Notes: generated by a model from the letters alone, not told the origin. Counted from the whole stretch's first letter, positions 24,697 through 36,329 are shown. The stretch is 63,674 nt of DNA, filler included, from Olpidium bornovanus S191 (GCA_017911155.1; 28 parts of 28 records of this genome joined end to end with filler, not necessarily neighbours in it); one strand, 5' to 3'. Made by a program: numbers and translations.

Positions 24697-25456
24697 AACA
24701 CGGAACCGGCGACCGCTCCACTATCGAAACGGGCCCTCTGCGTAGGCGCCATCACAGGCGCTGGAAGCTGGTGCTTTTGCAGCCGGGTTGCGTGCGGTTG
24801 ATGTTCCGCTGGCGATGAAAGCAGCACCCGGTCAGAGGTGGGAAATCCACGAGGACAGCACAGATAAACAGAAAGGAAGCGGGAACGCCCTTCCACCTTT
24901 GCTCGGCGATTTGTCGAAACGCCCAGTGAGGCAGCTGGGCGTCTGAGCCCTCTGTGCTCCCGATTGGAATGGCGCCTCGGCTTCTTGAAACGGCCTTCAT
25001 ATATCGACTTCGGCAAGGGGTCAGAGGCCCTACTCGGAGGCAGGGGGGAAACGTGGGGGAGGGGATTCTTCCGAAGACACCGGGGAAAAACCCGTTTCGG
25101 CGGCCGCCTTGCGAAAGAGGAAAATGCCCCCCGGTTGCGGAGCAGAGATGTCGGCGGAAACAAGCAATAGAAAAGGAGGCTTCTCGCCGTGGATCCGCAC
25201 AAAAAGTGACAAACAAAACAGTCACATCTCCATTGCATGAAAATTGAAAGCCCACTGCCGCGGCAAACCCAAACCATTATCCCAAAGAATTGAAAAGTGT
25301 TTATTCAGACATATGCATAACAGGGACGGTTTAACTCAATGGGTCGATCTTTAGAANNNNNNNNNNNNNNNNNNNNNNNNNNNNNNNNNNNNNNNNNNNN
25401 TTAATTAATTAANNNNNNNNNNNNNNNNNNNNNNNNNNNNNNNNNNNNNNNNNNNN

Positions 25457-25702
25457 TGATCCTTTAGCAGCTACTGCCTGCTCTGCTTTTCGTCGTCGCC
25501 TTGTGCGCTCTGAGTTCCCGACATAACGCAATGGACGTGCTGGAACGTCCGGCAGGAGCTCAAGCCTCTCCACAACAACACCAAGCTCAAGTGCGCTGCT
25601 GTGGGCGTCCACCTCCACGTCGCCGGTGTACTCTTCGTCCGCAGAAAAGATATGCTCTTCCTCCTCCTCCTCCTCCTCCTCCTCCAATTCCTCCTCCTCC
25701 AT
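25457..25702 (-). CDS. Acidic exon of an unknown protein
   Basis: Open frame EEEELEEEEEEEEEEHIFSADEEYTGDVEVD...RTRRRRKAEQ running to the contig end. Confidence 0.3.
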
Positions 25703-27314
25703 TTCGACGGTGGGAAAGGAGGGTGAATTGCAAGTAATTAGCTCACCATTTCGCGTTTTTTTTTTGCGTTCCGAGCGCGTTGAAGGTGTCTAGCATGCTT
25801 TGTAGGAGGAGCCATGGTTGCTGGACGTGTTTGAGGACGTTTCCGAGACTTTCTTTTTGAAAAACGTTTTTTTTTTGGAATTTGGCCGCGATTTTGGGGG
25901 GTAGGTTGGCTTTAAGTGTCGTGCACCGTAAAAGGCAGCCGCCCCCGCGCGAGGCCCCCCCCCCCCACCCCCCGTATCGTCCCCGCACCACAAACAGAAA
26001 AGGGTCATACCCGCATCCCTCGCGCCGAGCCCCGCGCTCTTCAGAATCCAGCGCTTCCGCGCCTTTCCTTACCCCACCACAAGCGAAGGAAACGGAAGAC
26101 AGCGCGAAACTAGTCGCGCACTTCCAGCAGCGGCGCGTGTAAACGCGAAGAAAGAAAGGTCAGTGGTTCCGTTACACTTCCTCTCTTGCCATTGCCGGTG
26201 GAACTTGGCCGCCCACTGTGCGCAGTGCAGACGCTCCCCCAGCGCCGACGAAAGCTTGCCTAGGTACTCGGGTAGAACCCTGTGCGAAGATTGTCCCAGT
26301 AGGCTCTGGCAGAGAAGAAAAGACTCTCCCTCAGCAGACTCATTCTAACCTGAATTTGCCGTGGGCAACTGAGTAACCGGTTGCTGGCATGGCACGGGCC
26401 GCCTGAAGGTCGGCAGCTGGCGCGTGGCCGGCTGGCATATCCTTTGCACTTCGATAACAGTTTGGCCTGCCCTTCTCAGCGGTTCTTCTCGAAACTGTGT
26501 TAGTCCACTGGACGCACTTGCGTTCGCGTTTCCGGGATTGGGTCCACGAATCGAACCATCAGCTCTGCCTTTCATGCTTCTCAAATACTTGCGGCTAACG
26601 ACCCCAATCCCGCAATTCCGTTTTTTCGTGACTCCTCTGAACGACCAGGGTTTTCTTTACCTCCTTGACGGTTTCTTTTTTCCCAAGAAAAAGAAAAGGG
26701 AAGATCGTCAAACACCTCCACGTGGTGCTTCCTGGGCAACGGTTGCGAAACCGGCTAAGTTTGACGCATGCACGAAACCGGCTTTGTTTGACGCATTTTG
26801 CATGCAACACTTGAAGGTGCAAGTATTTCACCCATAAAATACATTATGTAATCTACTGCACCAGTACATTATGTTATGCGCCAGTAAAAGATGATAGTAC
26901 TATAAATATAATGGGTCGGGAAAAAAGGACGGCGACCGTGCCCGTTTCTTTTTCTCTTTTTTTTGCGGTCCGGTCATCCGCTGGTGAAGCATCTGCTAGC
27001 TGGGGAGCCTTCGGTTGAACGGTCGCAGGCATCCCGGGGAAATACAAGAAGTGGAAACCAATGGATCAAAATCAAGGGAAGAATGCTAATTCGTTCAAGC
27101 AAAGTACCCATCAACAGAGTCAGGAAAAACCAATAACGTTGACCACGATACGAAGCAACTGGCTAAGTGCACGGCGCCATCAAGGCCATCCGGGCATGCC
27201 GCCGAGGAGCGCGGTTACCATCCACACATCAGCGCGTCGCCATCCCGGCCATCCGTGTTCTCACACATCATCCGCAGCTGTCCTGTTTGCTTTCCTTTTT
27301 TTGGCAGCCGCCTA

Positions 27315-27783
27315 CATTTTTCTATTCCGCAGCTGCGTGATACCCGGGATTGGCGATATCCGCGGCCTGCTCGCCTTCTCCTTCCTGGCATATTTTTTTT
27401 GGCTTTTCCGGCAGTTGCCTGCATTCATCCATTTTCCTTTGTCTTTCTGGCGTTGCAGGAATTGCGCGTGCATGGGCGAGCGAGAAGTCTGAGCAACACA
27501 TTTTTACTCTGAAGCTTCGGGATTCTCGGGATTTGGCGAGATGGCACATTTTTTTTGGATTTTCTGGAGGTTGCATGTGTAAGCAGCAGGGTAAACAGGG
27601 TAGAAACTAAGTGTCCTTTGTCTTTCCGGCGTTGCAGGAATCCCGTGTGCGTGGGTGAGCAAGGCGACATTTTTTAATCTGCAGCTGCGGGATTCTCGGG
27701 ATTTGGCGGGATGGCATATTTTTTGGCTTTTCTGGAGGTTGCCTGTGCAAGCAGCGAGGTAAACATGGTAAAAACTAGGTGCA
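27315..27783 (+). repeat. Degenerate ~180-bp tandem repeat, about 2.5 copies
   Basis: Units start cctttgtctttc at 27436 and 27615 (period 179) and share gggattctcgggatttggcg and ttttctggaggttgc; a partial copy lies at 27315-27420. Confidence 0.85.
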
Positions 27784-27787
27784 CCTC

Positions 27788-28282
27788 CGAGCCTTAATTC
27801 ACATGAGGTTCATGACCACAATTCCAAGGCGCAGGGAAAATGCACCCATAAAATAGCTCAACTTTAACCCTGAAACAGATAATTACTATGATGCCAAACG
27901 CCACATGATTGTATACAACAGATACAAGACTGCCAAATGGTACAAACGTTTTGAATTTGGAATCTCGGAGGAGACGGCAAACCTCATCGAAATGTTACAA
28001 GTGTGCCTGCACAAGAAAGGAAAACTTCGCGACTACATGCTTTTTGACAGTGCAATCACAGAAGATAGGATGCTTGATATGTGGAGTAGGATTACCCAAA
28101 GTCACACCAGAGCAATCTATGGAACAGAACTTACAGTTTTTGATTTGAGGAAAATCTACGTGTCTGACATGTCAACCTCTGGGAAACTTGCATTCAACAG
28201 GGACAAGATTGAATTAGCCAGACAGGTGGGACACAGTTTGTATGGCCAAGCCGGGTGGTATACTCTTCGTTTTAGGGATTAG
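27788..28282 (+). pseudogene. Tyrosine recombinase catalytic domain, viral/PLV-like type, one premature stop
   Basis: Single frame: ALIHMRFMTTIPRRRENAPIK*LNFNPETDNYYDAKRHMIVYNRYKTAKWYK...VFDLRKIYVS...LARQVGHSLYGQAGWY. Catalytic R, K, R, H and Y are positioned as in YRs; TAG at 27854; intronless; one counted line is about 37% GC versus about 60% in a host exon. Confidence 0.75.
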
Positions 28283-28588
28283 TAAGATTTTCACTTTTAA
28301 AGTTGTTCATCAACTTAAAGAGTGTACTTGTGAATATCACCATTTCCGAAGTACTAATACATCAACTGTAAGATATTCACCCTTTTTTCTTTTTTTTAAA
28401 GCCGGACGTGTCTGCAGGAGAGCAAAGATAAGAACGGCTCGGCCGGCCCCGTCCAAGGAGACGCCAGGCGCGCTCGCGAAGAGGACGAAGAGGAGGACGC
28501 GTGCGGCGAAAGAACGCGCGCGCGCGAGAGAGAGGTCCGTAGAAACAGAGAGAGCGAGGCCGGGGACCGTCGAAGGCCGCTCGCTCTC

Positions 28589-29266
28589 ATGGAAGAGCAG
28601 GTCGACTACAGCGACGCGCACCGGCTGTTTGTGCAGGCGTTCATCTCCAGGGGTGTCATGTTGGACGCGGAAGCGAAGGACCTGTTCAGACACTGCAGGC
28701 AGCTGACGGAAGGTGAACGGGGAAAGGCGCTGGCAGCGGGCGCAACGCGTCTTCCGTCGTCCTGACCGCCGGTGGGAGAGGAAACCCCCCCTGCTTTCCC
28801 GCGCCAACCTCCTTGCTCTGGCCCCCCCGGTGCGGCCCCACCCGCGTCCAAACGTCTCCGCCGCCGCAGGCGATGTTGAGGCGCAGTTTCCGGCCTTCCT
28901 GTCCCACGTGAACTCCAAACTGAACCTGGTCGACATGGTTATCCGGTCTGGTCACTCCGACAAGCCCGGGGGCGGAGTCATGTGGGTCTTGGTGAGGAAG
29001 AAAGCTTTGTAACGGCAGCGGAATCGTTCCGTGCGAGAACGCTCCTGCGTCGCGAACATCCCTTTCCCGGAATCTTCGTTTAAAACCGGCAAAGGGGATC
29101 CGATACGACGCCTGTTCTCGCGAGGCAGTAGCAAGGACCGCCGGCCGCCGGCTGACGTGCTCGCGTGTGCTCTCCCGTCGCTGTAGATCAACACCAATGG
29201 TGACGACGTTGCGTAGATGGCCACGGAACACACACGCCAGAGTAGATCGCGCTCTTCAAACGAGTT
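28589..29266 (+). pseudogene. NSE1: NSE1 (SMC5/6 subunit) N-terminal exons; exon 3 disrupted
   Basis: Exons 28589-28712 (YSDAHRLFVQAFISRGVM), 28870-28991 (FLSHVNSKLNLVDMVIR...WVL) and from 29187 (INTNGDDVA*MATEH, +2 slip, TPE*IALFKRV). Confidence 0.7.
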
Positions 29267-29526
29267 GCACGTATCTCGTTGTCTATAACGCAATGCGCAC
29301 CGTCATTGCCGGCTACTTTTACGGAAGATGCAGTTTGCAACGATGACAATCACCCCCGGGGGCGCCGGGGGGAGGGGCGGGGAGGGAAAAGCCGGGAGGG
29401 GTTGGAGCCGGGCCGAAGACGAAGACGAAGGAGAGAGAACTTTATTCTGTGTTCTGGGCGTCTGTTTGCTAGTTTGCTCTAGCCCTATTTTATACCACGG
29501 GGAGCTGGGGATTCTACAGGAATCCG

Positions 29527-29580
29527 CCTGTAAATCCCGCACGCCGACGCCACACAAAACAAACCAAAAAGCCTGTAGAA
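29527..29580 (+). repeat. ~54-bp repeat shared with 51889-51941 (reverse complement)
   Basis: cctgtaaatcccgcacgccgacgccacacaaaacaaaccaaaaagcctgtagaa versus the reverse complement cctgtaaatctcgcacgccgacgccatacaaaacaaaccaaaaacctgtagaa. Confidence 0.85.
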
Positions 29581-29680
29581 NNNNNNNNNNNNNNNNNNNN
29601 NNNNNNNNNNNNNNNNNNNNNNNNTTAATTAATTAANNNNNNNNNNNNNNNNNNNNNNNNNNNNNNNNNNNNNNNNNNNN

Positions 29681-30187
29681 AATGGACGCGCGGTTAGCCT
29701 CATTCCGCAGGCTCATGCACCTGTCCGGCCGACTCGAGATGGTCAACACCCAGATCTCCGCACGCCATGCCCGCCTTGAAGCAACGGATGCGACTCCCGT
29801 TGGAGAGGAAAACGAACGCGATGTGGTTTACGTCGAGGGAGAGGAAGATGACGATGCCGACAGCATCGACTACGTGTCTGGAGATGATACGCTGGACCTA
29901 GGAGACATGATGCTGGATGAAGACGAGGTGCGGAATTGGGTATTGGTGATTTTGTTTGGCATCTCGCCTACCTGTTATAAAATCCAAGCTTATCAATTTT
30001 TTGGTCACGTTTGGCTCTGTGTTCAACGGTCGGGAATTCTCCCAACACACAGGCCGAGTACGGCACCGATGACGAAGAGATGGAGTCGGAGCTCAGCGCA
30101 GCGGAGCACGAGGAGAAGGATGAAAGTCGAGGGCGCAACGCGGCTTCGAGCGAGACTGGCGATGACAGCGACGAGGACGAAGACTAA
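29681..30187 (+). CDS. UTP5: UTP5/WDR43 C-terminus (Utp12-type domain plus acidic tail)
   Basis: DARLASFRRLMHLSGRLEMVNTQI followed by a D/E-rich tail; one intron; TAA at 30185. Confidence 0.65.
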
Positions 30188-31627
30188 GAAGAAAAGAAAA
30201 AAGATAAAACCTCCTTTACCTGCATCCCCTTCTACCTTCCTCCCCCCCCTCCTCCCTCTCTTCCCCACGACGCCACGTTGATCCAGTGCGCCCTGTGCGT
30301 GCCCCTCTCCTTCCACTCCTCTTCCAATGGGCACGCCCCACCCTTTTCCCCGGCGCACGGCGCAAATCTCAAATTTGATATCTCCGAGCAAAATATAATG
30401 GAATACTAATATGAATTGAACAGCATTATACTTTTTTACTAAAAGTAATCGTGTATTCCAATACCACCGTGCAGCAATGTAAAAAAGCAAAAAAAGATCA
30501 ACAAATAAACCTTGTGACCGCGCCCGTATGACCGCCCCCTTGCAACCGCGCACCACGACCGCACCCGCGCGTTTTTGCGACCTTCCTTACACGCCTTTTG
30601 TTTTCCGCGGTTCTCGCTCCCCGGCCCCTTTTTTCTCACCATCCCCGTGCAGCTTTTCTTCTCAAGTGAAAAAAAAGACCGTCGCGGCGTATTTGCATGN
30701 NNNNNNNNNNNNNNNNNNNNNNNNNNNNNNNNNNNNNNNNNNNTTAATTAATTAANNNNNNNNNNNNNNNNNNNNNNNNNNNNNNNNNNNNNNNNNNNNA
30801 CCTCCCCCTTCACACACACACACACATTTTACAATTCACTCATGATTTACACGATGTTTTCAACGCAACGCATACCCCAATTCACGTCACGTGTACTAGC
30901 ATCCTGCAGCATGTGTTAGCAGACGCCGAATAGAACGCCGTCAATCCACTTCTTGATATTTTCCGTCCGCTTTTCGCATCATTAACCTCAGAAAGCGGCG
31001 GGCATTACAGAATGGTTATCTTACCAGCCCTAGCCTCGATAAATCCTCGCCGTCTTCAACTGGCGGGCGGCGATTTACCACTACTCGCGGAGAATCCTGC
31101 CGAGAGGGTCAATTCTGGAATCGCAGGGAAGAAATATCGCGAGAGGCCGTCTGCCACCGCCAAAAGGAAAAACAAATTCGAGAAACCAAAGTAGTTTCTA
31201 GAAAAGACCCGAGAGTCACCGTCCATGACGCGCCAACAGCCGACCACTGGCGAACAAAACCTGTGCGGACGCGCGCGCGCCCCCCCCCACTTCCCTTCAA
31301 TTTTTGGTTCAGCCGTTTCGACACCGCGGAAGTTTCGCATACTTTTGTAATCTCCATTGCGGACACGAATGAAGCGATAGGACAACAGTATTCCGGGTTT
31401 TTTAATCCGTCGCCGCCGGATAGGTCATTTCCACCGGCCACCCCGAACATCCTCGCGGCCTCCGCCCAACCCAACCCCCCGCCGAAATCTTGTTTCGCAA
31501 CGTTCCTCAAACGCCGAACGCGCGGGGGGAGAAGGGGAGGGGAGAGAAGGGCAGGCAGATGTTTGGCTCTTCTATCTTTTAGCAGGCCCAAACTTCCCGA
31601 CACGCCGAAAGACATCGGTCGTGTTGG

Positions 31628-32211
31628 TCACTCCTCCTCTTCTATTCCTCGGACGTAGAGCACGTTGTTGCATCTACGAAAACGCGGCGGGGCAAAACGT
31701 TTAGCAGGAAGTCTTCCTAGCCATGCAGAGGAGGAGGGGGGAAGCGGGGGAGCCGTGACACACCACCGCGGCGATCTCTCGGGGGGGTTTTTTATGTATA
31801 TATTTCACTCCTCACCTTATCAACACTTCACCGAGCGTCCCGTTAGTGGACACGCCGTCAACGAGCTCCTCCGTGTTGGCCAGCTGGAGGTTCATGTACG
31901 AGTCGACCGAGACGAGGTAGCCCTTGTAATCCTGTCCCCACTTCAGCCGGACCGAAACGGGCTTCCCGGTAAGGCTCTGCAAAAGGGGCTTCGGGTTCAC
32001 GGGAACGAACTTTTTTTTTTTTGTGGCAACGCGGCGTTCGCAAGTTCGGGGACCGGAAGACGGGGGGCGAATGAGGGGGTGTCGAGTCGGGCCGTCAGCA
32101 CGGAGGCGGAAGCGCGAGGTAAGAGGGAAGAGCGCGGCCGGCGCCGAAAATTCCCGCAAGGAGTGCGAAGATTGCGGACGCGGTTCGCGGGGTGGCGTGC
32201 CTCACCGACAT
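31628..32211 (-). CDS. SMX3: snRNP core protein SmF, complete, 81 aa
   Basis: Exons 32211-32206, 32009-31816, 31673-31628 (246 nt): [50 protein letters not shown]...[17 protein letters not shown]. Confidence 0.96.
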
Positions 32212-32699
32212 CGCCGTGAGCTGACGTGGCGAGCTGAGGGTCGAGGGCGCGCGCGCGCGGCCTGCGGCGGCGGGACGGCGGAGCGGGAGAGGGGTGCTTG
32301 CGGGCTGGAAGGAAAGGAAGTAGAAGAGGAGGAGGAGACGGAGAAAAAAAAAAAGGGGGATGAGACCTTCAACGGGGTGGGGGGTCCATGTGTGTCCGAG
32401 CGGGGAGGTAACTTCCTGGCAATAAAAAAAATAGGTGAAGATCGAATCATTTCTGTTGTTTGCATACACCGCGAAACCGGCCCGGAGCTGAAAAGTCCCA
32501 GAGCGACAGACACAGAGGGCGGTGGTTGGGCTAGAGTGAAGACACCCGAGACGTAGGAGCAACACCATCCATCCGCCGCCGGAAACCCGCTTCCCCACGC
32601 ACTTGCCAAACCTTTTTCCTGACGGGTGTTTTCTCTGCCCCTCAACGCAGTATGCTCCTGTTGGAAGTCGCTCCCGAAGAAGCACCCGGCCAACAACGG

Positions 32700-34740
32700 A
32701 AGCAGGCGCGGACAGCACAGGTAGCCAGACAAAATGAGGTAGCCAGTGATTTACTTTTTGTCAACAAAGGAACAGGCCCAATCTGCATCCGAGAATGCAC
32801 TCAATTGGCTGGAAGCGACATCGGCCCAGTTAATGCGGCTAGGGAAGAACAGCACGTGATCACGTGTGCCTTGAGGATGCCGGAATACCCTCTTCAGGGC
32901 AGTCCAGTGGATGGCGGACGAGTTGCTGGTGAAGCGAGCAAGAAAACCTATCGCGGTGGTGATTTCAGGTCGAGTTCTATGCGAAGTTGATGAGAGATCT
33001 GATGAGTTGCCGTAGCGCATGATTTTGTCAACGGTAGCCTGATCAATACGATTGTCCATAGAGCCAATGGCAGAGGGGTCGAGAGATGTTGTCGCAGCAG
33101 CGCCGTGAATCCCCTTCCCTGCGAATCGCCAAACCACTCACGTGACGTCATGGCTGCGCCAAGCCGCCCGTCCAAAGCAAGCGGCCGCACGAGTGTGTCC
33201 GTTGCCACGTGGCGTCATTCTTCCATGACTGCGCCAAGGTAAACCGCTGAGCAAATCACGCGACGTTATCAAGCACAGAGCCCAAACCGCTAGACACAAT
33301 GCCGATGTGCTTTGGTGTGTCTAGTCGCCCAATCACGTGATTAATCCAGACCAAGACCAAGTTCCAGTGTGCGTAGTGGAGCTGCTGGCGTGGTGTCTTA
33401 AACACCAACGTGGTGGCAACGCCCTCAAAGAATTTCCCCCTGGAATATTTTCTGAGCCAGCGGCCAGTACCAGGCCCTACAGCCTGACACACGCCACGCC
33501 CAGACCCACTACCAAGAACCACACCACATTGCGACCCCGCCGTGGCGTGCCCGCACCTTGAGGCCACCATGTGCGTATTAAAGGCGCGTTGTCGTCGCGC
33601 ATTCCGTCGAATTTTAGGCCCTTCCAGACCCAGATTCAGACCCAGCGCTAGAACCGTGAATACAATCTCCAGACAGCTCTTCGCACAGATTAAGTAGTTC
33701 ACGTGTTACAGGTGTTGCCTCGAGGTTGGCACCATTGTGATTTGATTGCCGGAAAACTGTGGCGATGTAATGCAACTGCAAGAGGTAGATTCCGGTCGCA
33801 TTCCGATGAACTTGAATTCCCAGAACATATTTGAGGGCATTTTGGTCAACCAGAGGGAATTGCCGATAAAGGACCTGTTTGTAGTGTTTAATAAGTGATA
33901 CAACAGGACTGGTGAGAGCAATGTCATCAACATAAACATCAAGTATCAAAGAGCAATTGTTGAACAAGCCGTTTTGTTTATTTGTTTCGGGGACGGGAAA
34001 AAACAGCGGGTGCCGGGAGGCGTGTGGTGGGGGTCGGGGGTACAGGAAGGCGAGTTGTATATAGCATAACCTATAGCGTAAGAGCAATGGAGGAAATAGA
34101 CGAAAACAAAGGTGGATAATCAGAGGTTGCCGCAGGGATGCGGTTTTCGCATACGTTTGACATCGTATTCATTGGAGTTGTTTGCTCTGTCCGGAGCATA
34201 CTCGTGTTGCTCTTCAACGGCTGTCACCGTGGTGAATGTATGGTGGAAATTATTTGGTTTGTTTATGCGAGATTCATTATTCTGCAAGTCGAAGAGCTCA
34301 AAGATAATGCCCTTGACAAGATCCCAGAATCGATATAGCCTTTGGCGGTTTCGCTTTAAGCAAGAAAAACAAGTTGTTCGCTGGCGGAAGATAGTTTGTG
34401 GGGACGTTGGGTTTTCAGAACATGTGAAACGTGTAAGAATTGAGTACCCGTAAATTTGACACATTGGGGATGTTATTTAAATTGACCACGGTAATGAGCA
34501 GTTGATGGCTAGTGGCGAAATGCAAAAAAATTTATATAATCTTACAACTGCTTTCCAAAGTTCTCGGCAGAGACCCAACTCGACAGGTGTTGGGTTCAGT
34601 AAAGCGTTGTACAATTGCATTTCTTGATTGTTCTTGAAAACACATTACAAAGCCGTTCTGGGGTGGTGTCGCCCGTATGGTGAGTTGCTGTTGGATTCCA
34701 TTTTCTTCGAGGTATTTGACGTATTGGCAGGCTGTCATGG
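32700..34740 (-). mobile_element. Degraded Ty1/copia element (INT-RT) with a nested insertion
   Basis: YLEENGIQQQLTIRATPPQNG (integrase), RLYRFWDLVKG (integrase C-terminus), LDVYVDDI (RT active site), TRPEITTAIGFLARF...HWTALKRVFR...AFSDADWA (RT end); unrelated sequence interrupts at about 33140-33700. Confidence 0.9.
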
Positions 34741-34840
34741 NNNNNNNNNNNNNNNNNNNNNNNNNNNNNNNNNNNNNNNNNNNNTTAATTAATTAANNNN
34801 NNNNNNNNNNNNNNNNNNNNNNNNNNNNNNNNNNNNNNNN

Positions 34841-35466
34841 CCATGTTCGGAAGGGGAACCGAACGGCTCCCAAGTCGCAGGACGTTTACCTGCGTCTTTT
34901 GGTGAAGGTGAGAGGATTTTTCTGCATACCGTTGCATCGAATAGGCCATTGCAGGTTTTCCAGGTAGTGGGGCGCTGCTGACAGTCGTTTTGCCACAGCT
35001 GTACCGCTTCCTTGCCCGCCGGACAAACGCCAAATTCAACAAGGTTGTTCTGAAGCGCCTGTTCATGTCCCGCGTGAACCGGCCGCCGATGAGCATCTCG
35101 CGCATCGCCCGCAACATGAAAAATGCCACGGGCAAAACTGCTGTCCTCGTCGGCACTGTCACAGACGACGTTCGCCTAAACGAGGTCCCCAAGCTCACCG
35201 TCGCGGCGCTCCGTTTCACGGGGGCCGCTCGGGCGCGCATCGTGAAGGCCGGCGGCACTTGCCTGACCCTTGACCAACTTGCTCTGAAGGCCCCCAAGGG
35301 CTCCAACACCGTCCTCCTCCGTGGTCCCAAAAACGCCCGCGAGGCGTTCAAGCACTTCGGAGCCGCTGGGGTCCCCGGCAGCCACGCCAAGCCCTACGTC
35401 CGCTCCAAGGGACGAAAATTTGAGCGCGCACGTGGCCGCCGCGCCAGCCGCGGGTTCAAGGTCTGA
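34841..35466 (+). CDS. RPL18: 60S ribosomal protein L18 (eL18), 5'-partial
   Basis: [22 protein letters not shown] | intron 34908-34998 | [25 protein letters not shown]...[12 protein letters not shown]. Confidence 0.98.
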
Positions 35467-35519
35467 CGATAAAGCACACCCTAAAGCACACCCTAAAGCA
35501 CACCCTCACACGCACTTTG

Positions 35520-36100
35520 CACGATTTAGTGTCGCAACCCCCAGTGATTGCCAAATATCACCCATGCCGTGGAGATTGCACCACAGCATAGTGAGATGTT
35601 CAATGCAGGTCCACACCGACCTGGAGGTTTCTTTTGATTTGCGCTGTGTCATGTGTGCACCGCCTGGGCTATTTTTCCAACTAGGGCCTTTTATGTCGAA
35701 AACCGCCTTGACCTGGGCGCGTGTGATCGCATCCTGTTTCGGTTGCGGTGACTTATCAGAGATTAGTGCCGGCAATATTTGTCACATTGGAACCCCCTTT
35801 TGAGCTCAGCACACGGAGATTGCGAGGCGCACTTGGATGTAAATGTTGTTCTAAGCCCCACACCATTCCTTTCGGCGGCGAGGAAACCTGGAGGGTGTTG
35901 GCGGATTATTTTCACGCGCACGCGTTCCCACCGGCAACCGCATTGCGTGGTGGGAGATGACGGAAGGGGGAAGGCCTTTCAATATCCGCGAACCGCAGCA
36001 ACAGCAGCGCACAGCAGAGAACCTTCAAGCTCCTTGAACTTCGGAGTGCGTCTTTTCTCTGAGGCTGCGGCGCGTCCACCAAGCACCGGTTTCATCGACG
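35520..36100 (-). mobile_element. Possible highly degraded Pogo/Tigger-type transposase remnant
   Basis: Weak frame fragments KRRTPKFKELEGSL (CENP-B-type HTH-like) and AVFDIKGPSWKNS...RKSKETSRSVWTC (start of a DDE domain), in the expected order. Confidence 0.25.
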
Positions 36101-36257
36101 GGTGGTGCGGGCGTCGCGCCAAATCTCCCAGTGTAAGACCTCTTCCCTCCAGAACAGGGTAGGCCGAGGGGGGAAAAAAGCCAGCCTTGGGAACTACACC
36201 GGGGCAAAACCAGCAACCTGTTCGGCGACTTAAGAACCCACCTCGACAAAAAGGTAA

Positions 36258-36329
36258 GGCCCTGATCCGGGATCGAACCGGAGACCTCCTCGACCCGAAC
36301 GAGGAATCATACCACTAGACCATCAGGGA
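36258..36329 (-). tRNA. tRNA-Pro(CGG), intronless
   Basis: 72-nt cloverleaf: D-arm GTCTAGTGGTATGAT, anticodon arm CCTCG-TTCGGGT-CGAGG, T-arm TCCGG-TTCGATC-CCGGA, oligo-T terminator downstream; position 1:72 is a T-C mismatch. Confidence 0.88.

Noticed and set aside
29187-29266. TAG reassigned to a sense codon (the ten intact host genes whose stop I could see end in TGA or TAA)
   Set aside because: Long conserved exons, such as the ~600-codon kinase exon, contain no in-frame TAG; the NSE1 exon also has a frameshift; the other TAGs are in decayed elements. A genome-wide codon analysis would settle it.
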